The notes under the pieces were generated by a model, which saw only the letters and a list, made by a program, of their open reading frames with translations, ran no database searches and had not been told where the DNA came from. A program made the position numbers and the translations under genes. A DNA stretch of 64,000 nt from Torpedo marmorata (taxonomy: Eukaryota), in NCBI GenBank assembly GCA_977017645.1, contig OZ360219.1:121396001-121460000 (forward strand), in the 5' to 3' direction. Below, one piece after another: positions 26,240 through 39,489 of the stretch (its first letter is position 1; each line of letters starts with the position of its first letter).

Positions 26240-27330
26240 TTCAAGAAAGGAGAGAGAGGGCAAACAGGCCAGTTAGCTTGGTATCAGTTGGGGGAAATAC
26301 CAATTATTAACTAAGTGATAACAGGGCATTTAGAAAAGCAGAATGGGATCAGGCACAGTTACTGTGGTCCAATGAAGAGAACATAATCTTTATTAAAAGC
26401 TTTTGAAGATGTGAACAGAAGGATGATCAGAGGAAGGTGTGGATGTAATATATTAATATTTTTCAAAGACATTTTTCCAGGTCTGATGTGGGAGAATGTT
26501 AGATATAAAGTCTAATGAGAATAGGAAATAAAATATTAGTATATATAGAGCATTAGTTAAAGGATAGAAAGGAGGGATAAATGGATTGTTTGCAGATTGG
26601 CACACTGTACAATGGAGTGATTCACAAGATTAGTCTTTGGGCCTCAGACATTCATAATATATGTTAATGGAGGGACTGAATTTCTTGCATCCTTGTTGGT
26701 GATAATATTAGAAACAAGTGGGAAAATAAATGAAAATCAATAACCAGAAAATGCTGGAAATAATCAGCAGGTTAAGCCGCACCTGTGGAAAGAGAAATAG
26801 TGTAAATGTTTCAGGTCAATGACCCTTCATTCGGTAGGTAGGTAGGTAGGTAGGTAAAATGTGTTCAAACAGGTTAAGTGAATAGGAAAGAACATGGGAG
26901 ATTAAGTATATGGTAAAAATTGGGGTTGAGAGGGAGAATAGGACCTTTTTAAACTTGGGAGTAACCTGCACATGTGGTTCAGTGAGATTCAGGTGTCTCT
27001 CCACATGAATTTCAGAAGGTTAACATCAAGATTCAGGAGGAAGTTAGCAGGTAGATTGCAGCATCGAAGTAAGGAATTCACAAATCAATTATATTGGGCT
27101 TTAATAACCCCACACCTGCATTACTGATGCAACTTTGGACCCCTAATCTCAAGAAGCATATATTTATCCCGAAGAAGTGTAATGCAGATTTAATAGGATG
27201 ACTATAGGTTTGGGAGGGACATCCTAAGGAAATATTAAGTAACATGATTCTTAGCACAGAATGTGCAAATGAGTATGGGGTGGGGTTAAATTTATTAATA
27301 GGAAAACTTGGGAAATAGTTTAAGGACAGG
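26240..27330 (+). mobile_element. Old, degenerate CR1 fragment
   Basis: Decayed RT motifs (AGGCCAGTTAGCTT, GTGGATGTAATATAT, TTTTCAAAGACATTT); no long ORF. Confidence 0.55.
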
Positions 27331-27902
27331 AGAGAATTGTACCATACTCTATCACTTTTCTGAAGTTACTCCTGTCATTTTGCCTCATCCAGTATTCAGG
27401 GACTGAATACTGTATTGTGCATATATGAACAATTTTTAACAATAGCTCTTGGAAATTTGTTCATATTCATTTTCACAGCTTGGCGAGTTTACATCTCTCC
27501 ATTCTGGTGAACAAACCCAGAATCTGATTGGCATTCACAACAGATGTCAGATTCTTAACTTGAAACACTAACTTTTATTATTTTCTCTCTCCATAGATTC
27601 CACCTGGCTTTATAAAAACCATCCATGCACACATTTTGAAATGTGAAAATTGCCCATGATGTCCATTCTCCACATATTAGATCCTGTGAGAGATTCCAGT
27701 TCAATCAGAAACTATCATGAAATTATCTTGGGTATTTTGTTGCATGATTCACATTTGAATCAGAATCAGAATTTATTGTCATGAACAAGTCATGAAATTC
27801 GATGTTTTACGGCAGCATCATAACCATATAACCATATAACATTTACAGCACAGAAACAGGCCAATTCGGCCCTTCGAGTCCATGCCGAACACATTCTCCC
27901 AC

Positions 27903-30750
27903 CTAGTCCCACTGACCCGCACCCGGCCCATAACCCTCCACACCTCTCCTGTCCATATACCTATCCAACTTTTCCTTAAACATTAAAATTGAACTTGCAT
28001 CTACCACTTCGGCTGGAAGCTCGTTCCACCCTCCTACCACCCTCTGAGTGAAGAAATTCCCCCTCATGTTTCCTCTAAACTTTTCCCCCTTCAATCTCAA
28101 TCCATGCCCTCTTGTTTGAATCTTCCCCTCTCTCAATGGAAAAAGCCTGTCCATATTGACTCTATCTTTCCCCTTCATAATTTTAAATACCTCTATCAAA
28201 TCACCCCTCAACCTTCTACGCTCCAGGGAATAAAGTCCCAGCCTGTTCAACCTTTCCCTATAACTCAAACCCAGAAACCCAGGCAACATTCTTGTAAATC
28301 TCCTTTGCACTCTCTCTATTCTGTTTATATCCTTCCTGTAATTCGGCGACCAAAACTGCACACAATATTCCAAATTTGGCCTCACCAATGCCTTATACAA
28401 CTTCAACATGACATCCCAACTCCTATATTCAATACTCTGATTTATGAAGGCCAACATACCAAATGCCTTCTTCACCCTATCTACGTGTGACTCAACTTTC
28501 AGGGAATTATTTACCAGAATTCCTAAATCCCTCTGTTCTACTGCACTTCTCAATTGTCTTCCATTTAACATGTATGACCTTTGCTGATTAATCCTACCAA
28601 AATGTAGCACCTCACATTTATCAGTATTAAATTCCATCTGCCATGTTTCCACCCACTCTTCTACCTGTCCTATATCCCCCTGCAAGCTTTGATATCCTTC
28701 TTCACTGTCCACAACACCACCAATCTTCGTATCATCTGCATACTTACTAATCCTATTTACCACCCTATCATCTAGATCATTAATATATATGACAAACAAC
28801 AATGGACCCAGTACCGATCCCTGAGGCACTCCACTAGTCACCGGCCTCCAATTTGACAAACAATTTTCCACCACTACTCTCTGGCATCTCCTATCCAACC
28901 ATTGTTGAATCCATTCCACTACTTCGTCGTTAATACCTAATGCTTGAACCTTCCTAACGAGCCTCTTATGCGGAACCTTGTCAAATGCCTTACTAAAGTC
29001 CATATAGACAACATCCACAGCCTTCCCCTCGTCAACCCTCTTAGTAACCTCATCGAAAAACTCAATGAGATTTATCAAACATGATCTTCCACGAACAAAA
29101 CCGTGTTGACTACTCCTAATCAATGCTTGTCTTTCCAAATAACTGTATACACCATCTCTAAGAACACTCTCCATTAATTTACCCACCACCGATGTCAGAC
29201 TCACAGGCCTATAATTTCCAGGTTTACTTTTGGAGCCCTTCTTAAACAGCGGGACAACATGAGCTACCCTCCAATCCTCCGGCACCTCCCCCGTAGCAAG
29301 TGACATTTTAAATATTTCTGTCAGAGCCCCCACTATTTGTACACTAACCTCCCTCAGGGTCCTCGGGAATATCCTGTCAGGACCTGGAGATTTATCCACC
29401 TTTATACTCTTTAAAATAGCCAATACTACCTCCTCATTAATCTTTATATTATCCATGACCTCCCTGCCAGATTGCCTTACTTCACCTGGCTCAATATTCC
29501 TTTCCTTTGTAAATACTGAAGAAAAAAAATCATTTAAAATCTCCCCCATCTCCTCTGACTTCTCACATAGCCTACCCGTCTGATCCTCAATGGGCCCAAT
29601 TTTATCCCTCACTATTCTTTTGTTTTTAATGTACCTGTAGAAACCCTTTGGATTTATTTTTACCTTGCCTGCCAAAGCAGCCTCATATCTCCTTTTAGCC
29701 TTTCTAATTTCTTTCTTAAGATTTTTTTTACACTCCTTATATTCCTCAAGGACCTCATCTATTCCCTGCTGTCTATACCTGTTGTACACATCCCTCTTCC
29801 TCCGAACCAAATTCCCAATATCCTTTGAAAACCAAGGGTCCCTATATTTTCTAACTCTTCCTTTAATCCTCACAGGGACGAACCGACTCTGTACTCTCAA
29901 AATTTCCCCTTTGAATATCCTCCATTTATCTGTGACATCCTTTCCTAAAAATAAATTATCCCAATCCACACCCTCTAAATCCTTCCTCATCTCCTCAAAA
30001 TTTGCCTTATTCCAATCAAGAATCTCAACCTTAGGCCGAGCCCTATCCTTCTCCATTATCAACCTAAAAGTAATGGTATTATGATCACTAGACCCAAAGT
30101 GTTCCCCAACACAAACCTCTGTCACCTGACCTATCTGGTTCCCAAATAGGAGATCCAATACTGCCCCCTCTCTCGTCGGTTCTTCTATGTATTGATTTAG
30201 AAAACTTTCCTGAACACATTTGACAAACTCCAACCCATCCTGCCCTATTACAGTATGGAAAGTTAAAATCACCTATAATCACCACCTTATGCTTATTACA
30301 CATATATTCTATCTTCTTACAAATTTCCTCCTCTAATTCCCTCTGCCCATTCACTCCCATTAGTGTTTTCATGCCTTTCCCATTCCTCAATTCCACCCAA
30401 ATAGCCTCACTGGACGAGCCCTCCAATCTATCCTGCCATAGCACCGCTGTAATGGTTTCTCTAACAAGCACTGCGACCCCTCCACCTTTTATCCCCCCTG
30501 TTCTATCACGCCTAAAACAACGGAATCTAGGAATATTTAGCTGCCAATCATGCCCCTCCTGCAACCAAGTTTCACTGATGGCAACAATATCATATTTCCA
30601 CGTATCAATCCATACTCTAAGCTCATCCACCTTTCTTACAATGCCTCTTGCATTGAAATATATACACTTGAGAGAATGTCCCCCACATACACTCCTTTGA
30701 TTACCCTCTCCTTCATTAGCTTTAACATTCTGGTTCCTCTCTTCCTTCAA
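27903..30750 (-). pseudogene. CR1 ORF2 endonuclease/reverse transcriptase, with a frameshift near 30250
   Basis: The 220-aa EN ORF and 789-aa RT ORF are in different frames; catalytic YADD is intact. Confidence 0.9.
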
Positions 30751-31972
30751 ATCTAGGTGTTCTTCTACCCTACTCTCCGCATTTACATTCTGATTCCCAC
30801 CCCCCTTCCAAACTAGTTTAAACCCTCCCCAACAGCTCTAGCAAACCTGCCTGCCAGGATATTGGTCCCCCTCCAGTTCAAGTGCAGCCCGTCCCTTTTG
30901 TACAGATCAGACCTTCCCCAGAAGAGATCCCAATGATCCACAAATGTGAACCCCTGCCCCCAGCACCAACTCTTTAGCCACGCATTCATCCTCCACATCT
31001 TCCTATTCCTACCCTCTCTAGCGCGTGGCACAGGCAGCAATCCTGAGATTACCACCCTCAAGGTCCTACTTTTTAACTTCCTTCCTAACTCCTTATATTC
31101 CTTCTTCAGGACCTCATCCCCATTTCTTTCAATGTCATTGGTCCCCACGTGGACCACGACACCTGGCTGCTCGCCCTCCCCCTCCAGAATGCTGAGTACT
31201 CGATCAGAGACATCCCTGACCCTGGCATCTGGAAGGCAACATACCAACCGCGAGCTCCGATCTCATCCAGCAAACCTTCTATCTGTTCCTCTAACCAGCG
31301 AGTCCCCAATTACAAAAGCTCTCCTCTTTTCCCCCCTTTCCTTCTGAGCCGAGGGGCCATCCCACGTGCCAGAGACCTGACCCCCGCGACTTGTCCCTGG
31401 TAGGTCGTCCCCCCCAACAGTATCCAAAACAGTATACTTATTATTGAGGGGTACGGCCACAGGGGTTCCCTGCACTGTCTGTCTCCCCCCCTTCCCTTTC
31501 CTCACAGTCACCCAGTTAGCTGACTCCTGTCTATTTGGGGTGACTGTCTCCCTATCTATGACTACCTCTGCCTCCCTCATGATCTGAAGTTCATCCAGCT
31601 GCAACTCCAGTTCCCTAACATGGTCTCGCAGGAGTTGCATCTGGATGCACCTTTTGCAGGTGTGGTCATCAGGAACATTTGTGATGTCCCTGACCTCCCA
31701 CATCCTGCATTCGGAACACATGACTAACCCAACTGCCTCCATAAACCCTCTTAACTACAACTAGAATAAATAGGAATAATCTTAACCTTACTGGTATTAC
31801 TTCCTCAGCCTCTTCTCTCCGAAGCCTCTTGAGCCAAAGCCTCAGTGCTCCACTCCTTCCCTATGCCACTCACTCACTGGCCGCTCCCTCTACTTCCCTT
31901 CCTTTTATAGGTCACTGCTAATTAACTCTAATAGCCAATTTCTTAATACTACTAATCACCACTTAACCTAGC

Positions 31973-32303
31973 CCTAGGCCCGAAAAAGCTCCCTTTTTAA
32001 ACAATTTTACAACTCCAAAAATACTTACTCACGAAGCACTAGTCACCAGTCGCTCCTCCCACTCCAACACTCCAATGCAACTGAAAAGACCTAGGCCCCA
32101 AAAAGCTCCCTTTTTAAACAATTTTACAACTCCAAAAATACTTACTCACGAAGCACTAGTCACCAGTCGCTCCTCCCACTCCAATGCAACTGAAAAGAAC
32201 TAGGCCCGAAAAAGCTCCCTTTTTAAACAATTTTACAACTCCAAAAATACACTCACGAAGCACTAGTCACCAGTCGCTCCTCCCAATCCAACACTCCAAT
32301 GCA
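31973..32303 (-). repeat. Three tandem 105-117 bp monomers at the CR1 5' end
   Basis: Unit CTAGGCCC..AAAAGCTCCCTTTTTAAACAATTTTACAACTCC...CCAATGCAACTGAAAAGA starts at about 31973, 32090 and 32200. Confidence 0.9.
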
Positions 32304-33500
32304 AACATTCATATTATAACCATCTTACGACATTACTATATAAAAAATATAAATAATAGTGCACGAAAAGTAAGGCAGTGTCTTTGGTTCATTGATTATT
32401 CAGGAATCTGATGGCAGCGGGGAAGAAACTGTCCTTGTGCCGTTGAGTGCTCGTCTTTAGGCTCCTGTACCTTTTTCCCGGTGGTAGCAGAGTGAAGAGG
32501 GCATGGCCTGGGTGGTGGGGGTCTTTGAGGACAGAGGCTGCTTTTTTAAGACACTGCCTCGTGTAGATGTCCTCGATGGAGTGACATCTGGTGCCAGTGA
32601 TGTCACAGGCCGAGTTAACAACCCCCTGGAGTTTATTAATTAAAACACGAAAATCTGTAGACACCGTGGTTGAAGTAAAAAACACAAATGCTGGAGAAAC
32701 TCAGCAGTTCAAACAGTGTCTTTTATGTAGCAAAGGTAGAAATACATAGCCGACGTTTTGGGCTTGAGCCCTTCATCAAAGTATGAGAAAATGCCGGCAG
32801 GTGTCCGAACAAAAGAGTGAGGAAGGGGGAAGAGTTTATTCTTGTCCTGAGAGTTGGCGCCTCTATACCAGGCAGTGATGCAACCAGCCAGAATGCTCTC
32901 CACGGTACACCTGTAGAAGTTTACGAGAGTCTTCGGTGACATACCGAATCTCCTCAGACACCTCACAAAGTATAGCCTCTGACAAGCCTTCTTTGTGATT
33001 GCATCAACGTGGAGGCTCCAGGACAGATCCTCGGAGATGTTGACACCCAGGAATTTGAAGTTCTTGACCCTCTCCACTACTGAGCCCTCGATGAGGACTG
33101 GGTCGTGTTCCCATGACTTCCTCCTGAAGTCCACAATCATCTCCTTGGTTTTGCTGACGTTGAGCACAAGGTTGTTGTCATTACACCATTCAATGAGCTG
33201 ATCTATCTCCCTCCTGTACGCTTCCTCATTGCCGTTTGTGATTCTGCCGACAACTGTGGTGTCATCGGCAAACTTGTAGATGGCATTGGAATTGTGCCTG
33301 GCCACACAGTCATGTGTGTATAACGAGTAGAGCAGTGGACTAAGCATGCATTCTTGGGGTGCGCCTGTGTTGATAATCAGTGAGGAGGAGACGTTGTTTC
33401 CAATTCATACTGACTGTGGTCTTCCGATGAGAAAGTCAAGGATCCAGTTGCAGAGGGGGGTACAGATGCCTAGAGTTTGTAGCTTCTCGACCAGCACTGC
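32304..33500 (-). mobile_element. Rex1-type LINE (RT C-terminal half), interrupted by a Penelope-derived repeat at 32644-32830; its 3' tail is at 27757-27820
   Basis: [35 protein letters not shown]; the UTR continues across the CR1 insertion. Confidence 0.88.
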
Positions 33501-34763
33501 CTGGCATCAGTTCCACCACCAATGTCATCAACTGATATGCTGTGTATGTTTTTTTCCCATGCTGACAGAAACTGGAGCCATTTGGAAAAACTTACAATCT
33601 TGGCTGTTCAGTCACAAAAAACATGAGGACTATGATATCAGGATTTGGGAATGAGAATGCAATTAACCGGTTGGGCCTCTCACATTAACATCTTCTTGCT
33701 TCACTTTTCAATGGCTGGAACTATCTTAAATAATTCACTGGTGTTTCCTTAATGGATGGCAGCCATATTTTTAAAAAGTGGACACTGAACAATATGCAAC
33801 AAATTACTGGCCCTTTAATCAACCCATAGTTTACAATGGCGTGGGGCCACTGTCAGCATTGGAAATAATCATGCCAATTTATTGCACAGGGATGTGGGGG
33901 AGTGTGAGGTGGTGCCGATACTCTTGAGCACATGGGATCATGGAGTCCTATGGCATAGATATAAGGCTTTCAGCTCACCATGTCCATGCTGACTATCAAG
34001 TATCTATCTATACCAGTCCAATTTACCACTACTGGGTCCATTAGCTACTTTGGCTCAGGAATTCAAGTACTTATCCATTCTTCGCTACATTTTCCCTCAT
34101 CTTGCTTTTTGCTGAGAATGTTACTTAAATGTCAACACACTACCCAGATGTTACAATAGCAATGATGTGGTAGTTGCAAGCTTTTCGCATTGCTCCAAGC
34201 AGGAATTACAGGAGTTTTGTTTCAGCACAAGAAGCTGCTGAACTTCAATGAATTGATTTTAACTGCCTTCACCCATTGCACAATGTTTATGTCAATAGAA
34301 ATGGATGCATACATCCCAGGCAGCTCATTTACCGCATCAAAATAGTCTGAACTCCAATTCCAAGGCATCAGTCACTTGATGGTAAAAATTGATGAAAACC
34401 AATTTTAGTCAACTTTAAAAATAGATCAATGCTTTCAACGAAAGAGCTGCAAAAAGAAAAGTGATTATCGTGAGAAACAATTTCAGGAATGCCTCTCATT
34501 TCTGCTATCATTAGCTCAGTTTAAAGAATAGCCTAGTTTAGAACATAGAAAAGTACAGCACAGGAGCAGGTCCTTCAGCCAACGTGACTGTGCTGAACTT
34601 GATGCCCAAATTAAATTAAAACTCTGGTGCGGGCCACAAGGTAACCCTAGCTATTGCGAGAGCCAAGCTGTCTAAGGCCATCAGGGAGGCAAAGCGTGCA
34701 CATTCAGGAACCTGCCTGTTTTTTGCTTTCACCCGGTGAAGGGCTCAGGCTCAAAACTACTCA

Positions 34764-35390
34764 GCAGCACCTTTTAATCAGCAGCAACCACGAGGGGCTG
34801 CAGACTCCGGGGAAGCGGGGGACTGGAGCAGGGCACCAGAGGACGGGAAGATCACCCCCCATCTGAGAAGGAGAAGCGGAGGAGATGACCCACGGGACGG
34901 TGACCACAGCGGCGGATCGGTGAGGGGCTCTGAGGCTGAAGGACCAGTGCATGCGGCGGGCTGCTGGCGACTCGAGGCGAGGAACCCGCAGAGGCTGTGG
35001 GCTGCTGGAGACTGCTGACGGGGGACTCACGCCGGGCTGCGGACTGTTGGAAGCTGGCTCGAACTGGCTGGAGGAGTATCAGGTATCGGAACCGAGATGC
35101 GAGGGGGTGCTGAGGGCGACCTGACCGTGTTGGAGGTTCGGATCTGGAGCTCGGGTTGCCGATGGTTTGGACTGGACTCTGTGTGGCTGCGGAGGCTGCG
35201 GAAGCGCTGGAGGCAAATCTACGGACACTCGGTGACTCTGGGGGGACTCTCTTTTGCTTCTCTTTCTCTGACTGTAAGGAATGTTAGAGGCGCTTAGGCA
35301 ATTTCTGCCGGTGGTGAATCTGTCTGCCTTGCAGCAGGCAAAAAGAAATTTCATGGAATATGACACTGTCTTATTACTATGACAATAAAT
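34764..35390 (+). mobile_element. GC-rich SINE-like retroposon, copy 3 (tail continues at 37280-37293)
   Basis: Homologous to copies 1 and 2; its AATAAA/(TTGAATC) tail is split by the pogo element. Confidence 0.8.
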
Positions 35391-35392
35391 TA

Positions 35393-37277
35393 CCGTATAT
35401 TTTGGCGTATAAGTCGACCCTTGAAACCCTCAAAAATGTCTCAAAAAACGGGGGTCGACTTATACGCCGGATATACTTTTGAGACCTTAAAATCAGTTCA
35501 AAATCGAGTTCACGCCGATTCGGCGTATAAGTTGACCCCTGAAAACACGATTCGGCATATAAGTCGACCCCTGAAAACACGATTCGGCGTATAAGTCGAC
35601 CCCTGAAAACACGATTCGGCGTATAAGTCGACCCTTGAAAAACAAAAAAAAAACCCGACTGCAACAAATTTTCATTGACATTTTTATTGAAAACAACAAG
35701 ACATTTAGAACCCTTCAAAATCACTTTCGCTATCATCGTCTGAGGCAAAGATCTCAGCAAGCACATCCGGGGTCTCACTGTTTAAACAGTCATCATACGG
35801 GTCCCAGTCTGTATCTGATGAGGCGTCTTCAGCTTCGTCGTCAGTGTTCCACAGTAAATCATCTTCCGTACCATCAATCGCACTTTTTAAACGATTTTAT
35901 TATAGTCTCTACTTTCACTTTGTCCCATGCCTTGAGCACGAAGTCACACAGCACATCAAGCGATGCAGCACGCATTGCCCCGCCTTTTGTAAAGGATTTT
36001 TCTGCACTCGACATCCATGTATTCCACTCTTCATGCACATGGTCTTTGAATGGCTTGTTCAAGCAGACATCGAGAGGTTGCAATATAGACGTCAAACCAC
36101 CCGGGATAACCGCCATGTAAGTATTATGTTGTGCTAATCTACTTTTAGTCTTCTCAGTTAAGTGGCTACGAAACATATCTCAGACCAGCAAACTCCGTTC
36201 CTTGCATAAACCGCCTGACCGCCTGTTCCACACATTGTCTATCCATAGTTTTACACCATTTTCATCCATCCATCCTTTTTCATGACAATGTACAAAAATA
36301 CCTGCAGGGAATTTTATTTTAGGTTTAAATTTGCGTTTGAAGATTACCATGGGTCTTAACTTTGTCCCGTCGGCCATGCACGATAACACCACAGTAAACC
36401 TGGTCCTTTCATGTCCTGTACTCCTCGTTTGCACAGTTTTCACACCTTTCCATTCCACTGTTCTATTACCTATCATGTCAAAATTCATGGGGGTTTTGTC
36501 CATGTTTCCAATATTTGCCAATGCAAACTTGTGTTTCTGCCGGTTACGTAAAATAAACTGGTGAAAACTTACAACTTTATGATCAAGATCTTTTGGTAGT
36601 TTCTGAGCAATTTTAGTTTTTTGTCGTAATACCAGATTTTTCCTGTTCATAAAACGGTTGCACCAGCTGACTGTAGCTTCAAAGTCATTACTGAGTTCTG
36701 GGTGCGACTTTTCCCAGTTCAGTGCAAATGTTCTTATTTTATTTCGGGTGACTATGTAGCAATCTTGACTCTGTTCACGTACCCATGTTGCGACGTGATT
36801 TTCCAACTCTGGCCAACGAGTGATTCCTCTTCTCATTGAACATTGCCTTTTTGGTATTTTTCTTAAAGTATCTTCTTTCTTCCTCCAATCTCTTACCAAC
36901 TTCTCGTATATATCAAATTTTCTTGCAGCAGCACAGTTGTTGGTTTTCTTGGCCATTTCTATAACTTTCAATTTAAAACTCGCCTCATACTTTCGTCGTT
37001 TCAATTGACCCTCCATGATAACAATCACCTCCAGTCAACGCCCAGCAGCTCAATCAGCGCGATCGTTGTGGGTCGACCTATACGCCGGTCAACGCCCAGC
37101 AGCTCAATCATCGCGATTTTTGAGGGTCGACTTATACGCCGGTCAATGCGCAACATCTCAGGCATCGCGATTTTGGGGATCGACTTATACGCCGGATATA
37201 CCATAAAACCATTAAAATGAGGCTGAAAAAGGGAGGTTGACTTATCCGTGAGTCGACTTATACGCCGAAATATACGG
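35393..37277 (-). mobile_element. pogo/Tigger-family DNA transposon (POGK-like), 1885 bp
   Basis: TIRs CCGTATATTTTGGCGTATAAG / CTTATACGCCGAAATATACGG; TA TSD at 35391-35392 and 37278-37279; transposase on the minus strand. Confidence 0.95.
35720..37028 (-). pseudogene. pogo transposase (Brinker-like DBD, CENP-B/Tc5 HTH, DDE_1), inactivated
   Basis: RRKYEASFKLKVI, IGNMDKTP, KGWMD, LV*DMFRSH (in-frame TGA at 36180-36182), LQPLDVCLNKPFK; small deletion/frameshift after FKKC; 3' end approximate. Confidence 0.9.
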
Positions 37278-39301
37278 TAAATTGAATCTTGAATTCAGAT
37301 TCACTTTCAGGACAGCAAGGACAGGCGATGCATGTGGAAGGACATTCAAGATATCACCAACCACAAGACCACATCATCTGACTGTGCTGGTGATGCCTCC
37401 CTCCCAGATGCACTGAACAACTTCTACGTGCGTTTTGAGGCGAAAAATGATGTAGCAGCAAAGAAGACAACCCCTCCTCCAAATGATTAGGTGCTGTGTT
37501 TCACAGTGGCCGACGTGAGGACAGTGTTAAGCAAGGTTAACCCACGAAAAGTTGCTGGTCCAGATAACATCCCCAGCAGAGTGCTCAGGGGATGTGCAGC
37601 CCAGCTGGCTGATGTTCTCACTGACATCTTTAACATCTCCCTGAGCAGTGCCGTGGTTCCAACGTGCTTCAAAGCCGCTACCATCATCCCCGTGCCGAAG
37701 AAGTCGGCGGTGTCCTGCCTTAATGACTACCGCCCTGTCGCACTCACATCTACTGTCATGAAGTGCTTCGAGAGGCTCGTCATGGGGCACATCAAGCTTC
37801 TGCTGCCCCCCTCACTGGACCCCCTGCAATTCGCATATAGATCAAACCGCTCTACGGATGATGCCATCATTACCACCCTCCACCTAGCCCTCACCCACCT
37901 GGAAAATAAAGACGCTTATGTTTGAATGTTGGTTATTGACTTCAACTCGGCTTTCAACACAACCATACCTCAGTACCTGATAGGGAAGTTGAGCGGGCTG
38001 GGCCTAAACAATACCCTCTGTAATTGGATTCTAGACTTCCTGATGGGAAGACCTCAGGCAATCCGGATTGGAAACTGCACTTCTAAGGTCATTACATTGA
38101 GCACGGGGGCTCCCCAGGACTGTGTCCTTAGTCCATTGCTGTTCACCCTGCTGACTCATGACTGTGCAGCAAAACACAGCTCGAATCACATCAAGTTCGC
38201 TGATGATACGACCGTGGTGGGCCTTATCAGCAAGAACGATGAGTCAGCATACAGAGGTGAGGTGCAGTTGCTAATGGAATGGTGCGGAGCCAACGACCTG
38301 CATCTGAATGTAAAAAAACGAAAGAGTTGGTTGTCGACTTCAGAAGGGCCCGGGGGGATCATTCTCCATTGACCATGGACGGCTCTACCATTGAGGTCGT
38401 AAAGAGTACCAAGTTTCTTGGAGTGCTCTTGGCGGAGAGTCTCACCTGGTCCCTCAACACCAGTTCCATAGTCAAGAAAGCCCAGCAGCGTCTTTACTTC
38501 CTGCGAAGGCTAAGGAAAGTTCATCTTCCACCCCCTATCCTTACTACATTCTACAGGGGATGTATTGAGAGTATTCTGAGCAATTGCATCACCGCTTGGT
38601 TTGGAAACTGTACCATCTCGGATCGAAAGACCCTGCAGAGGATAGTGGGGTCAGCGGAGAAAATTATTGGTGTCTCTCTCCCCACCATGACGGACATCTA
38701 CAACACACGATGCATGAGGAAGGCTAATAACATTGTGAGGACTTCTCGCACCCCTTTGGTAAACGTTTTTCCCTTTTGCCATCTGGAAGGAGGTACCGAA
38801 GCACTCAGGCTCGTACGTCCAGACTGTGCAATAGTTTTTCCCCCAAGCCATCAGGCTCCTCAATTCCTAGATATATATGTGCATTAGCATGTTATAGTTT
38901 TTTTATTGTATTATGATATTTATGTACATCTGCCCATGGTCCTGGAGAAACGCTATCTCGTCTTACTGTGTATATGGTAATGAATGACAAATAAAGATGA
39001 CTTGACTTGATTTGACTTGGTACCTGCACATGATACATATCCCTTTATTCCTTGCATTTTCATGTATCTTTCTAGAAGCCTCTTAAATGCTACTATTATA
39101 TTTGCTTGCACCACTACTACAGTTTGTTAAATTACTTTTGTGATTTAATTTGGACACACAACCTCCAAATCTTACTACTGAGCAAGCCTTATTATGGGCT
39201 TCAAACTTGAATGTCAGTTTTATGCATCATTGGTATTTGTTTAAAAATTTGGAACGTTTCAAAGGTTAGTACCTTTGAAGTAATGTGAGATATTAATCAG
39301 A

Positions 39302-39358
39302 TGTGGTTTTGACATTGAAACGGAAATGTATATACACAGCTTGCCTTGATGTGACTCA
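39302..39358 (+). promoter_or_regulatory. Putative proximal promoter of the Ig-V gene: RUNX, ETS and AP-1 motifs
   Basis: TGTGGTT 39302-39308, CGGAAAT 39321-39327 and TGACTCA 39352-39358, within about 110 bp upstream of the ATG at 39414. Confidence 0.45.
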
Positions 39359-39413
39359 ACCAAAGACTCGCTGTGCTGAATGTAGATGCAGCAGGTTCTC
39401 AACTGCTGCCGAG

Positions 39414-39489
39414 ATGAATCTTAATTATTGTTATTTACACTTGATACAGGCAATGCACTGCATCCAAATATTAGCTCAAGTAACTGCAG
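39414..39489 (+). CDS. Leader (signal peptide) exon of the Ig-superfamily receptor
   Basis: GCCGAGATG start; MNLNYCYLHLIQAMHCIQILAQVTA; 76 nt ending in the phase-1 donor CAG|GTACGT; joins the next exon in frame across a 209-bp intron. Confidence 0.7.

Larger units (their letters stand above)
27821..32303 (-). mobile_element. Near full-length CR1 LINE inserted in the 3' UTR of a Rex1 element
   Basis: ORF1 Cys motif and SGNH esterase (30813-31742, one frameshift); ORF2 EN (30088-30750) and RT (27903-30272; SGVPQGSVLGP, YADD); (TATGGTTA)n tail at 27821; 5' tandem monomers. Confidence 0.95.
34620..39020 (+). mobile_element. Rex1-type LINE interrupted by SINE-like copy 3 and a pogo element
   Basis: ARAKLSKAIREAKRAH (about 34655-34705) resumes at about 37295; RT ORFs 37491-38887 ([24 protein letters not shown]); tail GACAAATAAA(GACTT)n. 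Confidence 0.88.

Noticed and set aside
26833-26857. (GGTA)n run, plus (GT)n at 2140 and (CT)n at 2719
   Set aside because: These are ordinary microsatellites within repeats.
35521-35640. Regular 32-bp repeats resembling a CRISPR array
   Set aside because: The units are head-to-tail with no unique spacers, lie inside a pogo transposon, and the DNA is eukaryotic.
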